From positions 336,660,001 to 336,724,000 of the forward strand of contig OZ024741.1 of assembly GCA_964016885.1 (NCBI GenBank): a stretch of DNA of 64,000 bases, given 5' to 3'. The position numbers were made by a program, and so were the translations under genes. The DNA comes from Eledone cirrhosa (lineage: Eukaryota). Each line of letters opens with the position of its first letter. Position 1 is the stretch's first letter. Below, piece after piece: positions 55,462 through 64,000 of this stretch. The notes under the pieces were generated by a model. That model was given only the letters and a program-made list of their open reading frames with translations. It was not told the DNA's origin and ran no database searches.

Positions 55462-56797
55462 TTATCTCGGACAGACTGGACGTCGCCTGGCGGACCATTT
55501 CATGGAACTCCTCCGGGATATTCGCCTTGGCGGGAGTTCCCCGATCGCCCGCCCCTTTCACTCCCCTGGACATTACGCCCACCACCTCACAGTCTGTGGC
55601 CTACTCCAATGCCATGGTACACCCGCCATTAACCTCACGGTCGAACAACGCACCATCTTCACCCTCCAGACCCACACACCCCTCGGCCTGAACTCCCCAA
55701 CCCTATTCCTTTAGCCTTCGACCCCTCCCCCCACACATTCCCCACTAACACCTCTAACACACACTAACACCCTCTTTTACAACACACACACTCGTCCAAA
55801 CACGCACACACACACACCAGTACACTACACTCCCTCCTCCGTCCCCAACCCCTATTCTCTCCTTCTCTCTCCCTCTCACTCCCTCTCTCTCTCTCTCTCC
55901 TTCTCTCCTCTCCACCTACACCTCTTCACACACATACATCCCACTAACACCTCTACTAATATACACCCATCGCCCCACTTCATCACCTTCCCCCTCCACC
56001 CTTCACCCCTACCCATCCTCTCCCCTGTCCACCACACCTCCGCACACACAAACACACACACAGTCCTTACCACACTGACCTTTCTCCACCTGTCATCCTG
56101 CTCTACTGCTATCTCTTCACCCTGCCTTGACCCTCTGACCACTTCCTGTTGCGCGCGCACCCCACTTCCCTCCACTTCCGACGCCTACATCCACACCACG
56201 TATAAACACAAACACCCACATGTGTACCCCCACATATACACACTCAACCTCCGGAATCCACACGCCGCCTCCCTCACCCCCTCACCCCTCTCCTTCCACA
56301 TGCACACACCGACTTACACCCCACCCCACTCACACACCGACTTACACCCCACCCCACGCACACACCTTTTCCTGAACATGGAGCCTCGTTCTTCCTGCAA
56401 CTCTCACATTCACATACACACGCACACACACACACACACAGACACGAACACCTACACACATACACAAACACCCCCTTCAGCCTTCCCCGCTTCGATCCCT
56501 CGCCTCCCTCTTCCCACTCCACCCGCCACCACCCTTACATGCCTCATACCATTCCACCACTTGTTCATTTTATTGTTTATTCTTATGTTTATTTTTACGT
56601 TTATTTTTATTTTTATTTGTTTTCCTTCCCATTTCCACCCCTCCTCCACACACCCTCGGAACTCTCTTCCTAACCTATTTTCTCCTGAAGAAGGGCTTAT
56701 GCCCGAAACGTCGTCCCCCCCACTCTCAAGAGCGTGAACCTAATAAACCTTTATTTGACTGCCTCTCTGTTTCGTTCCCGTCCAAATTTGCACTACA
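55462..56797 (+). mobile_element. PLE 3' fragment: GIY-YIG C-terminal half + CA-rich 3'UTR + HHR-like core (56685-56712)
   Basis: YLGQTGRRLADHFMELLRDIR...SPIARPFHSPGH...EQRTIFTLQTHTPLGLN follows the PLE endonuclease pattern YIGxTxRxL..RF.EH...P.GLN. (TA)n on both sides. Confidence 0.88.
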
Positions 56798-56803
56798 TAT
56801 TTA

Positions 56804-56862
<59 letters not shown>

Positions 56863-56867
56863 TTATA

Positions 56868-57260
56868 TATCATCATCATCATCATCATCATCATCGTTTA
56901 ACGTCCGTGTTCCATGCTTGCATGGGTTTGGACGGGAGTTTTCCCACTTGAGGCAAGAGTGGTTGTTTTGCTCGCATAGGACTGTCTGGCGGGTTTTCTA
57001 CAGTTGGATGCCCTTCCTAACACCAACCACATTTACAGTGTGGGGCTGGGAGGTTTTTACTGTGTTGCCTACACGGCCACATTACAACGTGGACTGTCTG
57101 GCAGGTTTTCTACAGCTGGATGCCCTTCCTAACACCAACCACATTTACAGTGTGGGACTGGGAGGTTTTTACCGTGTTGCCTACACGGTCACATTACAGC
57201 GTGGACTGTGTGTTTTTTTGTCGTGACACCTACACAATCTCATTTGTTTCGGCCTGGATA
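56868..57260 (-). mobile_element. RTE 3'UTR copy with an internal ~112-bp tandem duplication
   Basis: Reverse complement of 58881-59150. Segment 56978-57089 is repeated at 57090-57200. Confidence 0.88.
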
Positions 57261-57280
57261 TATATATATATATTTATATC

Positions 57281-59155
57281 GAAGGACTGGCGTAGCAGCA
57301 TCATCGTTAACTGTTATAAGGGTAAAGGAGATGCCCTAGATAGGAGTAACTATAGAGGCATTAAATTAATCGACCAGGTCATGAAGGTCACGGAAAAAGT
57401 AATAGCGCAACTAATCAGAGAGAGAATTGATCTAGATGAAATGCAGTTTGGGTTTGTGTCAGGCAAAAGTACCACAGACGCTCTTTTCATTGTACGACAA
57501 CTACAGGAGAAGTACCTAGCTAAAAGTAAACCCCTATACTTAGCTTTCGTCGACTTGGAGAAAGCCTTCGACAGAGTGCCCTGTTCCATTATCTGGTGGG
57601 CTCTTAGAAAACTAGGTGTTGATGAATGGCTTGTGAGAGCTATACAAGCCATGTATAAAGAAACAGTCAGCAAGGTTAGAATTAACAACGAATATAGTGA
57701 AGAGTTTAACGTAAAAGTTGGTGTTCATCAGGGTTCTGTTCTTAGCCCCCTACTATTTATTATTGCCCTCCAGGCTATAACAGTGGAGTTCAAGACCGGC
57801 TGCCCATGGGAACTCCTATACGCAGATGATCTAACGCTCATAGCTGAATCAATGGCCGAGCTAGAGAAGAAATTCCAAACATGGAAGCATGGCCTAGAAT
57901 CAAAAGGCCTTAAAATTAACCTGGCTAAGACTAAAGTTCTAGTTTGTAAGAAAGAAAATAAGGCGGCGGTCCCCTCCGGGAAGTGGCCATGCTCAGTGTG
58001 TAGGAAAGGCGTAGGTAGAAACTCCATTTTGTGTCCCAAATGCAAAGTATGGGTGCATAAAAGATGTAGTGGGATCACAGGTAAGCTAACTAAGAACATA
58101 GATTTTACATGTGGCCGGTGCTCTGGGGCAATAAGTAACAGCAAGTGCCCATTAAATACTAGCTCTTTCAACTGCGCAGAGGGTTCTATAGAAATAGTGG
58201 ACAGCTTCCGTTACCTGGGTGACAAAATCAGCAGTGGGGGAGGGTGCTCTGAAAGTACAGTAGCTAGAGTCAGAACTGGATGGAAAAAGTTCAGAGAGCT
58301 TATACCGCTATTAGCCGCTAAAGGGTTCTCCCTAAAAATGAAAGGCAGGTTGTACGATGCCTGCATACGAACAGCAATGTTGCATGGCAGTGAGACCTGG
58401 GCATTGTGTGCAGAGGATATACGCAGACTAGAGAGAAATGAAGCTTGCATGCTCCGCTGGATGTGTAATAGTAATATACGTGAACGGCAAAGCATAAACG
58501 AACTAAGGAAAAAATTAGAAATAAGAGGGATCAGATGTTGTTTACTCGAGAGAAGACTACATTGGTATGGTCACGTGGTGCGCATGAAGGACGATAGCTG
58601 TATAACAAAGTGCAGGGCAATAAAGATAGACGGTAGCCACGGAATAGGCAGACCCAGAAAAACCTGGGACGAGCTGATAAATTCCGACCTCACACACTTA
58701 CACCTCACCAAGACAATGTCACTGGACCGAGACCTTTGGCGGTACTCAGTAATAGAGAAGACCCGCCTTACCTAAATACAAAGTAAAACCTACTACAGTC
58801 AGTAGGCATCTCTAACAAAATACACCCCCGTCCCCATCCACACCGCCCCTTTCAATGTAAAGTTATGTTGGTGCCACAACATCCAGGCCGAAACAAATGA
58901 GATCGTGTAGGTGTCACGTCAAAAAACACGCAGTTCACGCTGTAATGTGGCCGTGTAGGCAACATGGTAAAAACCTCCCTGCCCCACACTGTAAATGTGG
59001 TTGGTGTTAGGAAGGGCATCCAGCTGTAGAAAACCCGCCAGATAGTCCTATGCGAGCAAGATAACCACTCTTGCCTCAAATGGGAAACCCCCGTCCAAAC
59101 CCATGCAAGCGTGGAACACGGACGTTAAACGATGATGATGATGATGATGATGATA
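57281..59155 (+). mobile_element. RTE LINE, 5'-truncated, with an uninterrupted RT ORF (to 58775), 3'UTR and (GAT)n tail
   Basis: NYRGIKL, QFGF, FVDLEKAFD, GVHQGSVLSPLLF, LLYADD, KTK, YLG, GRPRKTW. About 497 codons open. No APE domain because of truncation. Confidence 0.97.
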
Positions 59156-59328
59156 TATATATATATTTATATATATATTTTGAGTATATATTGGTTGTTT
59201 ACCGACACCTCAGTATGTAGATTGGAGCACTCGACGAAGTGCGCAGGTTCGTTTGGTTACTCCGGAGTAATGTAAAATAAAATAAATAAGTCAAATATTT
59301 AAAATTTGGCTTCATTTATTAAAGGTGT

Positions 59329-59383
59329 ACTGCTATATATATTTCGGTGACAACCATCTTTGGCTGTGACCTCTTCAAGCAGT
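59329..59383 (-). ncRNA. Minimal type-I hammerhead ribozyme motif (C3U variant)
   Basis: Minus strand actgc-TTGAAGA-ggtcacagcc-aaagat-ggttgtcacc-GAAAT-atat-ATA-gcagt: 5-bp helix I, ~9-bp helix II, self-complementary helix III, AUA triplet. Confidence 0.7.
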
Positions 59384-59899
59384 CGGAATTGGTGTGGTAG
59401 AGACGGGTACACATGTTGTTTAGGTGTTTAACTCCGTCAATACTGCGATATGCCCAGTTCCTGGTTGGGTTGTTATTTCTCTGAGCAACTGGAATCATAT
59501 CGTATGATTCCAAAGATGGCTGTCACCGAAATATATATAGCAGTACACCTTTAATAAACGAAGCCAAATTTTTAATATTTGACTTATTTATTTTATTTAT
59601 TTTATTTTATATATATATATATATTTATTTATTTATTATTTATATATATATATATTTATTTATTATTTATATATATATATATATATAATGGAGGAGTTGT
59701 GGTAAGAAACCAAATGGACCATAACACACCAGAGTACTCAATACTTAGGGTAGTAGAGTGGGTAATAGGAGAAAGTATGACCCCAACGGCAGAGCTCAAG
59801 CCGTTTCGACGGCTATATATATATTTATATATATATACATTTATTTATATATATATACATATGTGTATATATATGTATATACGTATATATAGGCACATG

Positions 59900-60248
59900 G
59901 CGGCACATGGCTTAGTGGTTAGAGCATTGGCCTTGCAATCAAAAGGTTGTGAGTTCAATTCTCAGACCGGGTGATGTGTTGTTTCCTTGAGCAAGACACT
60001 TTATTTCACATTGCTCCAGTTTACTCAGCTGTAGAAATGAGATGATAGGGACTGGGGTCCATATCATTCCACTGCAAAGTGGTCGTGGAGGTGCCACGGC
60101 AAAAAAGCACCCAGCACTCACTGGAAATGAGGTTGGTGTTAGGAAGGGCATCCAGCCGTGGAAATCAAGCCAGCATCAGTTCCCATCCCACCCTTGCAAG
60201 CAGGGAAAAAGTGGACGTAAAATGAAATGATGATGAAATGATGATGAT
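59900..60248 (+). mobile_element. SINE family 2 with an RTE-derived 3' tail
   Basis: tRNA head and CORE-like domain, then ggttggtgttaggaagggcatccagc...ggacgtaaaatga(tga)n shared with the RTE 3'UTR. Confidence 0.88.
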
Positions 60249-60259
60249 ATATACGTGTA

Positions 60260-60572
60260 TGTGGTGGTATCAAAAATTTCCCAGACTAGTTATGTTTGAA
60301 AGCAACTAATATATTTACCTTCTTTAATACATCTCCTTCAAAATATTCACCTTGCACAGCAAAACACTGGTCCTACTATTCCTGCCACTTCTGGAATCCA
60401 GCCTCTAAGTCATTTTCTCTAAATGAGTCTAGGACCTTCTGTGATTCGCTCTGGATCTCTGCAATGGTGTTAAAACGGTGACCTTTGAGCTGCATTTTCC
60501 GTTTGGAGAAGAGTTGAATGTCCTCAGGTGATTAATCTGGTGAATAGTGGGGGGAGTGATACAATGTTATTT
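60260..60572 (-). mobile_element. Mariner fragment (one TIR), same family as 3477-4306
   Basis: ta-tgtggtggtatcaaaaatttcccagactag and a colinear match to 3477-3775. Confidence 0.85.
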
Positions 60573-60789
60573 TTTTTATATCTATATATACACATTTATA
60601 TATATGATATATATATATTTATACATATATACATTTATATTTATTATATAGTTGGTCTTCCTCAACAAGTGCACTTTATTCCCTTTACACACCAACTACA
60701 CACCTTGCATGGGCCTTCTCGTCCCACCTGCACTCTTACAATATATAAATATATATATAAATATATATACAATATATATATATATAACT

Positions 60790-63590
60790 TTCTTTTTATT
60801 TGCCACCAGGGCATCAAAAAGTGGGACAAGTACAATGGGGGGAGTTTACATAAAAAGGCGTCCTCAATAAGGAGGAGGCAATAACAAGACATAAAAATAA
60901 AATAAAATATAACAAAAATAAATTTAATAACAAAATCCTCAATAGGGAGGAGGTACCTTGGGGGGTCGCACACACCCCTGAAAAAAAGTGTGCAACCCTC
61001 CTCCTCAGGAGCACAGAGAGGGGGTGCTCCCTTGATCTTTCATCTTCCTCACCTATAGCCTGATGTAGAGTGAAGGCCCATTCACACGGGCCATTCTCGC
61101 CACTTTCACCCATCTTTCATAAAAACGGCTGGGGTGCAGCACCTCTCTCTCCATCCTCATCCTTCTTCCGAAATGATATCGGAAGAAACGGACCAGTTGT
61201 TGGCCAGAGAGAAAGGTGTCTGACCTCAGTCCTTTCAGACGCGTCCACCATACAACCTCTTTCGCCATGGCTATTACGCACAGAAACACCGCCTCTCCTT
61301 CGTTTTTGAAGAGGGGAGGCGGCTTGATCATTACAATAGACTGGATGGTCAACCGGATCAGTCCCACCCTTGACAGCAGTTCTTCGACATAGCCCCACAG
61401 ATCGGCAATGCTCGAGCAGTGTACCAATGCGTGTGCAACTGTTTCATCGTCGCACACGCATCTGGGACAGATCTTTTTCGAGGGGTCCCTACCCGGGCGC
61501 CTGTGTCTGTAGAGCCTTTCTCAAACGGACAGAGCCCCTCGGTAGCACTGCCAGGCCAGGGATGTCTGGAAGTTATCCATGGGTCCCGGGCTGAATGTCC
61601 TACCGAACAGGTTGGCCAGTTCATCTTCCTCCATGCCCGGGGCTTCTCCGAGGGCGTCATCGCACCTGCTAACCACCAGCCCTCTATAGAATGACGAGGT
61701 GGATTCTCCACGGACAGCCGGGTCCGCCTGCCAGAGAGCCGTGAGCGCCTGGGCACACTTGCTGTGCCAGGCGCCCAGTTTTCTCGGTCTTTGCTTGACC
61801 CAGGATTGCAGCTCGGTGTGTGAGACGAGTCTGGGAAAGGCTCGCCTCACAAACGGGGCCCACCCCGGTTGACCGGTGAGGAATACGTGGAGGTGCCATA
61901 GCCTTAGTGCGTGTTTACGTATCATTAGCCACGGCATCCCCATCCCTCCTTTCGAAGGGTGTTGACAGCAGATGGATCTCCTCACCATAGGAGCCCGCTT
62001 CTTCCAAAGGAATTGGAAGAGTGCGCGCCCCATTTTGGTGAGCGTTTCCCTTGGGCAAGGCACAACGGTCAGGCGGTAGTAGATGACGGACGCTATATAA
62101 GTGTTCGCACCTCCTCCCGACCTTTCAGGGACAGTTTGCACTTGGCCCATTTCTGGGTCAGTGCAAACACCCTGTTCGTTACCTCACCCCAGTTCTTCTC
62201 CACCTGGAGGTCTGGTCCGAACCAGACCCCGAGCAACTTCACCGGGCCCTCCGTCCAGCGGCCGACGACGCCATTGGAGGGCATTGATCTGCCCTCCACG
62301 TGCCGAGTTGCAGACCGATTGACTTTCCCGGTTCAGCTTAGTCCCTGTAAACCTTTCGTTCTCCAGTAAGGTGCCGATCGCCCCGATTTCCGAGGCCGTC
62401 GACACCATTACTGTTACGTCATCAGCGTAGGCCGACACCACTTTCCACAACCCCGGTTCCAACGGGATGCCCTGCAACAACTCCAACTTCCGCAGCAGTG
62501 GCTCTAGAGTCATTACATACAGAAGGGAGGAGAGAGGGCACCCTTGTCGGATGGACCGCGCGATTTCGAACGGCTCCGAGAGGTAGCCGTTCACCTTGAC
62601 CTTAGAGCAGAGGCGGCTGCTGTGCATGGCATTGATCCAGCCCCTGAAAACGGGTCCGAAGCCTGCCACCTCTAGCACCGCATCCAGGTAACCATGGTCG
62701 ACCATATCGAACGCTTTAGATTGATCCAAGTTGATCAGGGCCCCACCAAAGCCGGGTTCATTCCCAACCCTCTCTATGATGTATCGCATGAGGTGGAGGT
62801 TGTCGTGGATGGACCTGGATGGGATAGCAAATGTCTGCGCATCTCCCACCAGGTTGCCCACGACAAACGCCAACCTCTTTGCTAGCACCTTGGCGAAAAT
62901 CTGTAACTCTGTATTTAGCAGAGTTATGGGCCTGAAATTATTTATATCGTCCCCCTTGTTCTCATCCTTCCTCACTACCATGATACGCCCTTGGTCACAG
63001 CACAGGGAATTCTCCCGTTCTGTTGCCAGTTACAGAAGACCGCTTCGAGGAGATCGGGGAACAAGTCCAGCATAGCTAGAGATAGTTCGTATGGAAGACC
63101 ATCAAGAGCCGGGGATTTGCGTTTACTGCATTGGCTCAGCACGTCCTCTATCTCAGCGGCTGAAATCGGCTCCTCGCAGGACTTCGCCTCCCTGTCCGAG
63201 AGACACAGCAGGCCGTCGAGGTATGGACCGAAGTCGACATCCCCAACCGGCTCCCCACCCCTTCCGCACATCTGCTTAGGTTCAAGGATCACCCGTCCAT
63301 CCTGGTCTCGCAAAGACCGGATAGTGGATCTACTCCCTCTTTTGGCATCTGTCACGCGGGCCCAGCTAACAGCTTTGGTCCCCTCATTTCCCAGAGCATG
63401 TATTTTGCTTCGGACGATGCAGCCTTCGTGTTTCGCGTCGAAGAACTGGCCCAAGGCCGTTCTCGACGCTAGCACTCTGGCCATGTTGCCACTTCTAATT
63501 GCCTCTTCTACACTATCTACCAACTCCCTTTCCTTCCTATTTCTATTTGAGGCTAACTCCTTACTAAATTCTATAGAGACTACTCTATAG
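60790..63590 (-). mobile_element. Tx1/L1-clade LINE ORF2, 5'-truncated, frameshifted
   Basis: KSPALDGLPYE, NFRPITLLN, LDQSKAFD, RQGCPLS, SAYADDVT, KLLGVWF, GGMGMP, C..ETVAHALVHC. GC-rich relative to the flanks. Confidence 0.95.
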
Positions 63591-63854
63591 AATTTAGTAA
63601 GGTCATACTTTTTCCTATATATTTATATATAAATATATAGGAAAAAGTATGACCCCGACGGCAGAGCTCAAGCCGTTTCGACGGCTTTTTCTGCGTCCAG
63701 AAATAGCCGTCGAAACGGCTTGAGCTCTGCCGTCGGGGTCATACTTTTTCCTATTTCCCACTCTACTACCCTAAGTATTAAGTACTCTGGTGCGTTATGG
63801 TCCATCTGGTACCTTACCACAATTCCTTTGTTATGTAAATATATATATATATGA

Positions 63855-64000
63855 TGCCTGTGTGAGGTGCGCGATGCTGCATGGTAGTCAGACATGGGCA
63901 GCAACTGCAGAGGATATGCGACGGCTGGAGAGAAATGAGGCAAGCATGCTCCATTGGATGGTCAAGGTCAATGTGCATGAACGGTTGAGCATGGATGTGT
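63855..64000 (+). mobile_element. RTE LINE fragment running off the window
   Basis: YDACVRCAMLHGSQTWAATAEDMRRLERNEASMLHW. Confidence 0.85.

Noticed and set aside
57120-57280. N-terminus of the 551-aa ORF
   Set aside because: Chance read-through from an inverted 3'UTR and (TA)n. RT homology starts at about 57281.
60790-63590. GC-rich block as bacterial contamination or horizontal gene transfer
   Set aside because: It is a Tx1/L1 LINE with related copies at 56-1629.

Overview
Eukaryotic, AT-rich, repeat-saturated DNA. The mix of (TA)n microsatellites, tRNA-derived SINEs and RTE LINEs with (TGA)n tails is most consistent with an octopus or other coleoid cephalopod (inference). Most ORFs in the supplied track are microsatellite or antisense artefacts. 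Supported content: (i) four phase-compatible + strand exons (2297-2351, 5150-5190, 6015-6174, 30926-31206) giving the C-terminal ~180 aa of an unidentified host protein; (ii) LINE relics of the RTE (one family with a PHD-like finger inside the RT region), Tx1/L1, CR1-like, R4/Dong and Rex3/Expander-like types; (iii) a decayed Helitron Rep, a non-autonomous Helitron, mariner relics and TTAA-ended MITE-like pieces; (iv) two tRNA-SINE families; (v) a 200-N gap. The least expected layer is a population of Penelope-like element (PLE) 3' ends sitting in (TA)n tracts. They carry minimal type-I hammerhead ribozyme (HHR) motifs from many unrelated families and repeatedly form fold-back palindromes, often with the apex at the ribozyme's helix II. 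A 4-kb Neptune-type PLE with ~1-kb inverted arms is the largest example. Coordinates were read by eye and edges of decayed repeats are approximate.
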